The translations under genes and the position numbers were made by a program. From Anaeramoeba ignava BMAN (taxonomy: Eukaryota; Protista; Anaeramoebae), in NCBI GenBank assembly GCA_028826165.1, contig JAPDFW010000035.1, positions 1 to 59,773 on the forward strand: 59,773 bases of DNA. The letters are read 5' to 3'. A model generated the notes under the pieces. The model saw only the letters and a program-made list of their open reading frames with translations. It was not told the DNA's origin and made no database searches. This document shows, in pieces, positions 23,500 through 34,998 of the stretch (its first letter is position 1; each line of letters begins with the position of its first letter).

Positions 23500-25588
23500 A
23501 TGAATCAAAAACAAGAAATTTTATTTTTTGGTTCTAATAAAACAACAAAATTTTATAACAAAAAAATACAAAAAATCACAAAACCAACACAAATTTATTT
23601 AGAAAATGAAAATGAAAATGAAAATGAAAATGAAAAACAAATTAAACAAATTTCTTCAAGTTATTTTTCAACAATTTTTCTTTTTAAAAATGGAAAAGCA
23701 ATAGAATATTTAAAAAAATCAAAAAAAAATCCACAAAAAATTCAAATTGAAAATATTCAAATTGAAAATATCCAAAAAGTAACTGTTGGTTTTCAAAATG
23801 AAGCTATTTTAACAATAGAAGGAAATGTATTTGCCAAAAGGAAAAAATATTAATCCAAAAAATCCAAAACAATTTATCAATATTTCATCATTAATTGAAG
23901 ATACAAATGATAGAATAATTAAAGATATTGTTTCTGGTTCTCAATCAATTTACTTATTAACTTCAAATCAAAATGCTTATGGAATTGGTTCAAATTATTT
24001 TGGCCAACTTGGTTCTAAAACAATTCAAAAAACACAAAAACCAATTTTAATGATGAAAAATGTTTCTAAAATATTTTCAGGAATTTATTCAAGTTCTGTT
24101 TTTCTTTTAAATTCAAATCAAGAATTATTTGGATGTGGCAGTAATTATTGGGGTCAACTTGGATTAGGAAATGAGGGATATTTTCAAGAAAGATTAACCC
24201 AAAATCCAAAATATTCCAAAAGGCAAAATAATTGATATTCAATCTGGATATGATTATTCAGTAATGTTGATTGAAAATGAAGAAGAAGGAGATTCAGATC
24301 CAAATTCAGATCCAAAATCAAATTCAAAATCAAAATCAAATTCAAATTCAAATTCAAATTCAAATTCAAATTCAAATTTAAATCAAAATCATAATCAAAT
24401 TCAAAATCAAAATCAAAATCAAAATCAAAATCAAAATCAAAATCAAAATCAAAATCAAAATCAAAATCAAAATCAAAATCAAAATCAAAATCAAAATCAA
24501 AATCAAAATCAAAATCAAAATCAAAATCAAAATCAAAATCCAAAAAGAAAACTTTATTCATGTGGTTATTATCAATATAATGGACTTGGCAAAAACGAAA
24601 ATACTAAAGAGTTTACTGAAATCAAATTATCTTTATTTGAAAATGATGATAATATTCTTGATTTTTCTGTTGGTTATGCTCATACTTTGATTTTAACAAT
24701 AAAAGGGAAATTAATTGGATTTGGATTAAATGATTGTGGTCAATTAGGAACTAGATATACAAATGATCAATTAATTCCAATTCAAATTGAACTTCGTAGC
24801 TTATTGTTTGATATTTCCGATTATCGTCTTTCTTGTGGTGATTTTAATTCATTTCTTTATTATTCTCCTTCTATTCCTTCTTTTTCCAATCTTGAAGAAG
24901 ATTTGATAAAACTATTTCTAAGAAAAGAATTTTGTAATGTTTCATTTAAAACCGAAAATGGAGAAATAATTGAAGCTCATAAATTAATATTGAAATATAG
25001 ATTAAAAGATTATGAAAATCGAAATTGAAAAACTTCAAGAAATTATTTCAAAAAAATCAATTAAAGAATCAAATCAAATATTTGAAATGATTTATTCAAA
25101 CAATTCCAAAATAAATCCAATATTATATTCTGAAATTAAAGAAATTATAAATTCAAATGAAAAAATTGAAGAAACAATGAAAAGAATTTATTTAAATGAA
25201 AATGAAAATGAAAAAGATTTTATTAATTGAAAGAAAAGAAAAACAATATAAATTTCCTAAATTAATATTAATAATGAGAAGTGAATTATATCGAGGAATG
25301 TTTTTATCTGTAACTGAAGATAAATCCAATAAAGTTAGAGATTATAGTGAATTAAGTAATAAATCATTTCAAATATTTGAATATTGGATTTATTCAAATC
25401 AAATTAAAGAAGAAATTCAAATTACAAAAGAAATAATTGAAGAACTTGAAATTGGAATTGATTATTTTCAATTAAATCAAACAAAATCCAATTTATTATC
25501 TTGTTCAATTGATCAATATATCAAGAAAAAAACTCAAAAAAAATTCAAACAAAAAAAAGAAAAAAAAGGAAGTTGTTTTATTTTTTAA
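23500..25588 (+). CDS. RCC1-BTB-BTB copy K with SN/QN repeat insert and polybasic-CaaX-like tail; several frameshifts
   Basis: ORFs 23455-23853, 23825-24235, 24264-25028, 25012-25230 and 25196-25588 tile one gene; it ends KKFKQKKEKKGSCFIF*. Confidence 0.75.
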
Positions 25589-25718
25589 TTGAAAAACAAA
25601 TAATCTTCTTTTGTATTTTTTTTTAGCTTAATTTGTTTGTGGTTTTTATCTTTTTTTTTTGTTCTTTTCAAAAACCAATTTTAATCCAAAAAGAAAAAAA
25701 AGAAAAAAAGAATTTTTT

Positions 25719-28700
25719 TTAATCTTTATGATCTTCTTTTTTGTTTTTTTTAATTTCATCTGGATTTTGATCTTCTTTTTGTTTTCTTTTTTGTCTTTTT
25801 AAATTTCTTGTATTTTTTTTTGAATCATTTTCATTTTCATTTTCATTTTCATCTTCATTTTCACTATCAGAATTAGAAATGGGATTTTTAAGATCAGAAT
25901 CTGAAGAATCAAATTCCATTTCTTCATCTTTATCTTGAGAATTTGGAGCAAAATCATCATCATCATCATCAGATTCATCATTTAAATCATTTTCATTTTG
26001 AATAAATTGTTGAAATGTTTGATTTTTTTGATTTTGATTTTGATTTTGATTTTGATTTTGATTTTGATTTTGATTTTGAATTTTTGATTTTGATTTTGAT
26101 TTTGAATTTTGATTTTGATTTTGATTTTGATTTTGATTTTGATTTTGATTTTGATTTTGATTTTGATTTTGATTTTGATTTTGAATTTTGATTATTTTTT
26201 TCATTTGGAATTTTTTCAACATTCAACTCATTAAAATCATGTTTATTTTTATCAGAAGTGATTGAAGAATCAATTTTTTTAGCAATTTTAACTTTTTTCG
26301 AAATCAAAAAATTTTCCAATTTAAAATGTTCAGCTCTATCAATATTATTAAAAGTTAAAGAAGGACCACCAATAAGATGGATATTAAAATCGATAGTACG
26401 ACTTGCAGTATGCGAATGATCCAAACGGGAGAAATCAATTGTAGCAATATCAGAATATTTAATATGAATAGATTTATGGATGAAAAAAAGACCGTTTTCA
26501 AGAAGATAAAGAAATCCTTCTGATGTTTTAAAAGATGAATGAATCCATGGCGTTTTTTCTGAAGTTTTAAATTTATGAGGCGATTGAATGGGTTTTTTAA
26601 TCAAAACCCTGAAGACTTTTTTAATAATATCACTTTGAAAACCTGTTAAATCCTTGCAAATTTTATTGTGATATTTTTCTTGTATTTCTGATTCTGTTAA
26701 ATTTAATTCGACCTCAATTTCTTTAGTATCAAATGTTTGAAAAATTAAATGTGAATATTTTGTTTTTCCCCGTTGAATTGGGGCATCAAGAACAATTACA
26801 AATGCTTGTTCTGCATCTGGTTTTGGAAGCATAAACATTTCCGTTATTGATTTGTATTCGATTCTCCAATTGTATGTTGTTCCAGATAGTTTGAAATATG
26901 TTGGATAACATTGTATTTTGTATCTTCCTCGTGGTGAAAATAGAAAAATGTCTTTGAATGATACTATTTCATCTCCTGTTACTGATGCATCTGTTATTTG
27001 TCGTATTTCTTTGTCGAATTGTTCTGCTGTGAAAATTTCGTTGTTTTGTGTTGTTGTTTTTTTAAGTATTTTTTTTGGTTCGAGAATTGCTCCAAGACCT
27101 GTTTCAACATTTGTTTCTTTTGAAAATTAATTAAATTTAAATAAAATTAAAATTAAAATTCATTTTGAAATTCATTTTGAAATTAATATTAATTGAAATT
27201 AATTAAAATTCATTTTGAAATTAAAATTAAAATTCATTTTGAAATTAAAATTAAAATTAAAAATAAAATTCATTTTAAAATTAAAATTCATTTTGAAATT
27301 AAAATTAAAAATAAAATTCATTTTGAAATTAATTAAAATTAAAATTCATTTTAAAATTAATTAAAATTAAAATTAATTAAAATTAAAATTAAAATTAAAA
27401 TTCATTTTGAAATTAAAATTCGTTTTGAAATTAAAATTAAATTTAAAATTCATTTTGAAATTAAAATTAAATTTAAAATTCATTTTGAAATTAAAATTAA
27501 ATTTAAAATTCATTTTGAAATTAAAATTAAATTTAAAATTCATTTTGAAATTAAAATTAAAATTAATATTGAAATTAATTAAAATTAAAATTCATTTTGA
27601 AATTCATTTTGAAATTAAAATTCATTTTAATATTCATTTTGAAATTAAAATTCATTTTGAAATTAAAATTCATTTTGAAATTAATATTCATTTTATAATT
27701 AAATTTAAAATTCATTTTGAAATTAAATTTCATTTTGAAATTAATTAAAATTAAATTTAAAATTCATTTTGAAATTAATTAAAATTAAAATTAAAATTAA
27801 ATTTAAAATTCGTTTTGAAATTGAAATTAAATTTAAAATTCATTTTGAAATTAAAAATTAAAATTAAAAATAAAATTCATTTTGAAATTAATTAAAATTC
27901 ATTTTAAAATTAAAATTAAAATTAAAATTCATTTTGAAATTAATTAAAATTCATTTTAAAATTAAAATTAAATTTAAAATTCATTTTGAAATTAAAATTC
28001 ATTTTAATATTCATTTTGAAATTAAAATTAAAATTAAAATTCATTTTGAAATTAAAATTCATTTTGAAATTAATATTCATTTTATAATTAAATTTAAAAT
28101 TCATTTTGAAATTAAAATTACTTTCTTTTGTATTTTCTAAAACATATCCATTTGGAACACAACCATCAGGATTTGGATCCGAAGGAACTTGATAAGACAA
28201 AGGAACAAAGAATCTAATTTGGGACAAAGAATCAACTTTTGAATTTTCATGAGTTTTATCAGAAAGAACTAAAGTAAGATCATTTTTAGATTGAAGAATA
28301 GATTGGGAAACATTTTTCAAGGGAAAATCAAAAGCAGGTTTTCCATTAACATAAAAATAAAGGGAATTTTCTTTTAAAGCAATATCACCACAATTTAAAC
28401 CTTGAGTTGCCATTTCAACTTTTTTTAAATCCATTTTATGATAATCCAAAATGTATTTTCTTAAGAAATTATAATGATTTGATTGAAATCCAAAAAATGA
28501 TGTTTCTTTCATTTGATTTTGATTTTGATTTTCATTTTCTTTTTCTTTTTCTTTTTCTTTTTCTTCGTTTTTTGTGCTTGTTTTCCATAATACTTTTAAT
28601 ATTGACCCTCTTGAAAATGGATACCAATATACTTCTTTTATATTTCGAAGTGGTATTTGCTTTTTTTTTTGTGTTTTTGTTGATATCCAAACATATGCTA

Positions 28701-28788
28701 ATGGAAGAAGTTTAAGATCTCCATTTTCTGCTTCATTTTCAAGAAGTGAAATATTTTTAAATAAATGTCCTTTTGGTTTTTGTGCCAT
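25719..28788 (-). CDS. SSRP1: FACT complex subunit SSRP1/Pob3; exons 28788-28122 and 27116-25719; probable indel in the QN microsatellite ~26180; no HMG box
   Basis: Motifs FFGF, GLNCGD..KPAFDFPLKNVSQS, SLSQIRFFVP, FSPRGRYKI, FMLPKPD..FVIVLDAPIQRGKTKYSHL, EGFLYLLENG..FIHK, IDFSR..SRTIDF, FNNIDRAE; acidic tail; phase-1 GT-AG intron. Confidence 0.92.
27130..28119. repeat. Intronic satellite of AAATTCATTTTG/AAAATT units
   Basis: Directly visible within the SSRP1 intron. Confidence 0.9.
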
Positions 28789-28871
28789 TTTAATAATAAT
28801 AAAAAATAAATGAAAAATGAAAAATGAAAAATGAAAAAAATTTTTTTTATTTAAAAAGTTTTTGTTTTTTT

Positions 28872-29555
28872 TTTAACGTTTTTTCATTGCATTTATATTT
28901 ATATTTATATTTATATTTATATTTATATTTATATTTATATTTATATTTATATTTATATTTATATTTATATTTATATTTATATTTATATTTATATTTATAT
29001 TTATATTTATATTTATAATTATATTTATATTTATATTTATATTTATATTTATATTTATATTTATATTTATATTTATATTTATATTTATATTTATATTTAT
29101 ATTTATATTTATATTTATATTTATATTTATAATTATATTTATATTTTATATTTTATTTATTTATATTTATATTTATATTTTTAATTTATATTTATATTTA
29201 GATTTATATTTATATTTATATTTATATTTATATTTATATTTATATTTATATTTATATTTATTTTTATTTTTTTTTATATTTATATTTATATTTTTATTTT
29301 TATAATTTTATATTTTATATTTATATTTATATTTATATTTATATTTATAATTTATAATTATTTATATTTATATTTATATTTATATTTATATTTATATTTA
29401 TATTTATATTTATATTTATATTTATATTTATATTTATATTTATATTTATATTTATATTTATATTTATATTTATATTTATATTTATATTTATATTTATATT
29501 TATATTTATATTTATATTTATATTTATATTTATATTTATATTTATATTTATATTT
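28872..29555. repeat. (TATATT)n microsatellite
   Basis: Directly visible. Confidence 0.95.
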
Positions 29556-29796
29556 ATTTTTAGTTTGTTTCGCGATGTTTTAATGTGTTAAAGTTTATTG
29601 CTTTTAACACACTTAATCACCGATAAACCTTTTATGGTTTTGGTTTATTTTTTAATTCCATTTTAAACAAAAAAAATTAAAATGAAATTATTTTTTAAAA
29701 ATTTAACCATATAACCAATCTGGGGTATTTTTTCTTTGCAATAAAACAAGAAAAAAATGAAAAAAGAAAAATTAAAAAAAAAATTTTTTTTAAATA

Positions 29797-30658
29797 AAAA
29801 AATAAACAAAAAATTTTTATTAATTTTTTAAATTTATTTAAACTTGGAAATCAATAAATTAAACAAATATTCTTTTTTAAATTATTATTTAGAAAAAATT
29901 TATAAATTAATTTCTATTTAAAATTATTAAAAATTATGAATAAAATTTATTTAAAAATTATTCATAATTTATAATTTAAATATAAAAATCTAAATCATTA
30001 AAATCCAAATATAAGTAAATAAAAATTAATAAATCTTAAATTTAAAATTAAAATATAATTATATTCCTAATTATTTATTAATCAAAACAATAAAAAAATT
30101 GATTTTAATTGTTTTAAGTTTTAGTTATCAAAATATCATAATTTTTGAATTAATTTGAATGGATATTTTACATAAAAAATTCTATTCATTTAATTTTAAA
30201 CAAATTTAAATTTTTTTTAATTTTTTTTTTCATTTTTTTTTTTCTAATTAAAAACTTATCTAAAAATTATTAATAAGTTTTTTTTTTGATTGCTTTTATA
30301 AAAAATTTCCAATTACTTTTGTAAACTTTTCTAATTCTTTATTTTATCTCAAATTCTTATTATTTTATAAATTATTTTAATTTAATTTTCTTTTTAAATT
30401 AATAATAATTAAAATCAAAAAAATAAACAAAAATTTTTATTAATTTTTTAAATTTATTTAAGCTTTGAAATCAATAAATTAAACAAATATTCTTTTTTAA
30501 ATTATTATTTAGAAAATATTTATAAATTAATTTCTATTTAAAATTATTAAAAATTATGAATAAAAATTTATTTAAAATTATTTATAATTTATAATTTAAA
30601 TATAAAAATCTAAATCATTAAAATCCAAATATAAGTAAATAAACATTAATAAATCTTT
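29797..30658 (+). repeat. ~240 bp non-coding direct repeat (29797-30038 and 30417-30658)
   Basis: Both copies read aaataaacaaaaatttttattaattttttaaatttattta...atccaaatataagtaaataaa.attaataaatctt. Confidence 0.85.
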
Positions 30659-31224
30659 ATTAAAATAAAAATAAAAATTAAAATTAAAATTAAAATTAAA
30701 ATAAAAATAATAAAATAAAAAGAAAAATAATAAAACAAAAATAAAAAAGGAATTAATTTTTTTATCATTTTTTTCAAAATTGATTTTTCCTCAATTCTAA
30801 TTACAAAATTTAGACATTCCATTTTTTTTTCTCTTTTTTTCCTTTTTTTTTCAATTTAATGAAATCACCTCTTGAATCAGAAATTGGATTCTTTGTAAAT
30901 TTTGGGATTTGGGAAATAAATTTAATTCCACTTTTATAATTATGAGGCATCATACTTGAACTGAAAAAAAATTGTGGTGTTAGTGAGTCTCTCCAATTTT
31001 GCCAAAAAATTAATGAAGAAAAAAGAGATAATTAAAAGAAAATTTCCCAATATCCAAGAAAAAATGTTTCAAAAGATAGATAATTATTGAGAGGAGTGGA
31101 AACAATCCGTTTTGGAAATTGATCAACCAAATCCACAAAAGCCAAATCTCAACGAGACTGAAAAAAAGGATAAAAAAAAAAGAAAAAAAATCCAATCATG
31201 ACTTGAATCAAAATAAAATAGAAA

Positions 31225-31791
31225 GTGATGAAGATTTTGATTTTGGAAATTTTCCAAAATATATCACTCAAACCTCAAAAAATGCCAATATTAATACCAA
31301 AACTCGCTCTAGTCTTACAAAAAAAAAACAATATCTTTTTTTTACTGATGATGATTTCTCAAAAAGAAAACTCAAGAAAACAATATCCTTGCAAAAGACA
31401 ACCAAATTATGAAACCCAAAAAGAGATAAGGCAAACCCAAGAAGAATTTTCTGTTCAAAAAAGAAATAAGTTAGAATCATCTCATCAAAAATGTCTTTTT
31501 TGTGGAAAAAAATGGGATTTAATTCACATTCTTGATTGTAAAATCATCAATCATATGGGAAGAGATAAAAAAAGTGGATTATTTGAATGGTTGAATCCTG
31601 CAAATACCACAGAATGGAAAGAAATGGTGAATTATTATCTTCAAAATTCCAATGTCCAAATTAAAACCATCAAGGCTAACTTGGATAAAAGAGATCAAGA
31701 CTTTACTCCAGTCTTAGAGAAATATCTTTCTGAAATATTCAAAAAAGAAATGAATTCATCACGATATATAGCGATTAGACCAGATTTGTAA
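31225..31791 (+). pseudogene. Possible non-LTR retrotransposon C-terminal fragment (CCHC knuckle + RPD restriction-like endonuclease motif)
   Basis: CLFCGKKWDLIHILDC, then IRPDL about 80 aa later; no RT domain visible. Confidence 0.35.
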
Positions 31792-32550
31792 TTAATAATC
31801 TGAGAAATCAATTGTAAATGTTTTACATCCATAGTGACTAATCAAAAGACAAACAAATCAGGAAAAAAAAACAAGTAAATGAAATGAAAAACAAAAATTT
31901 ATTTTTTAAAAAAAAAATTAATTTTTTTATCATTTTTTTCTGATTTTTTATTTGAAAAAAACAGAATGAAATTATTTTTTTTAAAATTTGGTAACAATTA
32001 TAGGCTTTATTCGTCAGAAGATTTATCTATTATCAAGAATTTTTAAACAAAATTGGAAAAAAATTCAAAAAAAACAACTCACAAACTACTTCAAAATGGA
32101 CCTTTTCTCAAACCAACAACAATTTTTTTTCGAAAAGTGTTCCAAATGAAGGCCAACAGAAGAGACTAATCTCTTTTTTATAGTAAAAAAAATTCGAACA
32201 TTTCAAAGCATAAAGATCTCCCTCTTCTAATGATGGATTATGAACAAAAAGTAAAAAAAATCAATTATTCGAAGAATCTTCAAGAAAAAATTAGAAAACA
32301 GAAATTTCTTCAATTCACTCTTTTATTCTTTTTCCTTTTTTTTTCAAATCCAATTTTTTTTTGTTGTTAAACAATTAATAAACAAGAAAAAATTCCTTTT
32401 AAAAATTCTTTTATTGTATATTTGAAGTTTGGGTTATAAAATTTTTAGCCTCGAGAAACCGGGCTTGAATTTGAAAAAGGAATAAAAAAAATAATTCCAA
32501 AATGGATAAAAAAAATTTTCAATCAAAAAGAAATTGAAAATGAAATTAAA

Positions 32551-32918
32551 AAAAGATTTGTGGTCTCTTGTTTACTCTCCGGATTGGGATTTGAAAAATA
32601 CTCAGAAATTTGCAGAAACATGGATTGGAAAAATATGGGAAAAACTGTTTTCAATCCATGGCCAAAAAATTATCTGCATTTGTATATTTCAAATTATTAA
32701 AAAATAACCAAGAAATATTCAATGAAATACGAAATGACAGTATTATTGTTTTTTTTGATGGGAGATTTGATTCTTCAAGAGACGCGCAATTTTGCACTAT
32801 CATTTTTATGGAATCAGGTTTATTTCCGATCATCTGGGTTGGAAACACTAATCTCAATCGAGCTAATCAACTATTCATTGATGGAACATTTAAAATATCT
32901 CCAAAAAAATTTACACAA
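32551..32918 (+). pseudogene. Chimeric transposase fragment copy 1 (Kolobok-like DGRFDSS..FCT fused to MULE LFIDGTFK)
   Basis: IIVFFDGRFDSSRDAQFCTI followed by ANQLFIDGTFKISPKKF. Confidence 0.65.
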
Positions 32919-33129
32919 GATCTAGAAGGAAAGTTTCAAATCGAAAAACAATTGTAAAAGGGTTGTTTCCCATAAACATGGAAAAAGGTTGTGAGAGGCC
33001 AATTACTTTACATTCAGATTTACAAATTAATGAAGGCATCAAGATTTAAAATTTTCAATGCAAGAAGGATCCGATCTTGAATTCGGATCAACCTTCATAG
33101 TTTCAAAAATCATTTTTTTTCAAATTTTG

Positions 33130-33690
33130 GATCTATAAATAGGAATAATTTGAAAAAGCATATCATAAAATTTTTTATCCAAATGAAAAAGAAAAATGGG
33201 AAAGAATACAAAATGAAAACTTTCAGTTCTTATTGCTCCAATTTCTTCCATATTTGAAAGTTGATCGTAATATAATCATTAATTTAGACGATCTCAGTAA
33301 CGTTAAAATCAAGAACACTATTTTGAATAGACTGAAGGAACTTGCAAACAATCCAGAAAAATTTGTCCAACACTATGAATATCTAACTAAAGAAGAAGAA
33401 TAGAAATTGATCAATTTTTTAGACCTAGATAATCCAAAACATTTTACAGTTTCAACAATGATGAGATTGTGGAAACACTTCTGTTTACGATCTAATGAAT
33501 TGACTAATCTAAGATTACGAGATTTACAATTTATCGAATCTGAAGAAATGAAATGGTTTGAATATACAAAAGGCGAATCCAAGAATAATCAAATCAAGTA
33601 TTCCAATTCGAACTTTGAACCAAAAAAAGCTAAATTCTTCAATATGTCTGATGATATAACAGATCCTTAAAATATCATCAAAAATTTCTT
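33130..33690 (+). pseudogene. Crypton-type (DUF3504-like) tyrosine recombinase fragment
   Basis: LKKHIIKFFIQMKKKNGKEYKMKT, LTKEEE*KL, DNP, HFCLRSNELTNLRLRDL, FEYTKGESKNNQ; truncated before the HxxR/Tyr region. Confidence 0.7.
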
Positions 33691-33728
33691 TTTAATCCTT
33701 TTTTTCATTTTTTTAAAAATAAAAATAA

Positions 33729-34200
33729 AAAAGATTTGTGGTCTCGTGTTTACTCTCCGGATTTGGGATTTGAAAAATATTCAGAAATTTGCAGAAAAAT
33801 GGATTGGAAAAATATGGGAAAAACTGTTTTCAATCCATGGCCAAAAAATTATCTGCATTTGTATATTTCAAATTATTAAAAAATAGACAAGAAATATTCA
33901 ATGAAATACGAAATGACAGTATTATTGTTTTTTTTGATGGGAGATTTGATTCTTCAAGAGACGCGCAATTTTGCACTACCATTTTTATGAAATTAAGTTT
34001 ATTTCCCATCATTTGCGTTGGAAATACTAATATGGATCGAGCTAATCAACTATTCATTGATGGGACATTTAAAATATCTCCAAAAAAATTTAAACAAATG
34101 ATAATTATCATGGCATGTTTCAAAGATGCCAAAATTTTTGCTCCTGTTCTTTATGGAATTGTTCAATAAAAAAAAATGAAAAATTATTTATGGTTTTTTA
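33729..34200 (+). pseudogene. Chimeric transposase fragment copy 2 (longer MULE part)
   Basis: Near-identical to 32551-32918 up to ~34097, continuing FKQMIIIMACFKDAKIFAPVLYGIVQ (MULE domain pattern). Confidence 0.68.
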
Positions 34201-34339
34201 GTTTAGTTCGAAATCTTGCACCAAAAAAAGAGAAAAAAGGTGAAGAATGATTACATTGAGATGTCTGAAAATCTAACAAATACTCAAAGTTATAAATAAA
34301 AAAAAGAATTCTAAACGCACAGAGAGAAGAGGAATTAAT

Positions 34340-34945
34340 TATTATAAATAATTTAATAAATAATTTAATAAATAATTTAATAAATAATTTTATAAATAAT
34401 TTTATAAATAATTTTATAAATAATTTTATAAATAATTTTCTATTAAATTTAATAAATAATTTTATAATTAATTTTATAAATAATTTTCTATTAAATTTTA
34501 TAATTAATTTTATAAATAATTTTATAAATAATTTTATTAATAATTTTATAAATAATTTTATAATTAATTTTATAAATAATTTAATAAATAATTTAATAAA
34601 TAATTTAATAAATAATTTTTCTAATAAATAATTTTCTAAATAATTTAATAAATAATTTTATAAATAATTTTATAAATAATTTTATAAATAATTTTATAAA
34701 TAATTTTCTAAATAATTTAATAAATAATTTTATAAATAATTTTATAAATAATTTTATAAATAATTTTATAAATAATTTTATAAATAATTTTATAAAAATT
34801 TTATAAATAATTTAATAAATAATTTTATAAATAATTTAATAAATAATTTTATAAATAATTTTATAATTAATTTTATTAATAATTTTATAAATAATTTTAT
34901 AAATAATTTTCTAAATAATTTAATAATTAATTTAATAATTAATTT
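34340..34945. repeat. 12-bp minisatellite (ATAAATAATTTT)n
   Basis: Directly visible. Confidence 0.92.
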
Positions 34946-34998
34946 TCTAAACATTCTCTATTTTTTTATCTGATTTATTTCTAGTTTTTAAAATAATT

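Larger units (their letters stand above)
29560..34330 (+). mobile_element. Composite, degraded transposon-fragment island
   Basis: Non-repetitive block between two satellites, containing internal direct repeats and pieces of several TE proteins (listed below). Confidence 0.65.

Noticed and set aside
1-25588. Diversity-generating retroelement as the cause of RCC1 variability
   Set aside because: No reverse transcriptase or template repeat in the window; variation is spread over many blades and is not evidently adenine-specific
25993-26222. Programmed frameshift or pseudogenisation of SSRP1
   Set aside because: The break lies within a QN/SK microsatellite of a normally essential gene, so it is most likely an assembly indel. 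This also cautions against treating all array frameshifts as real
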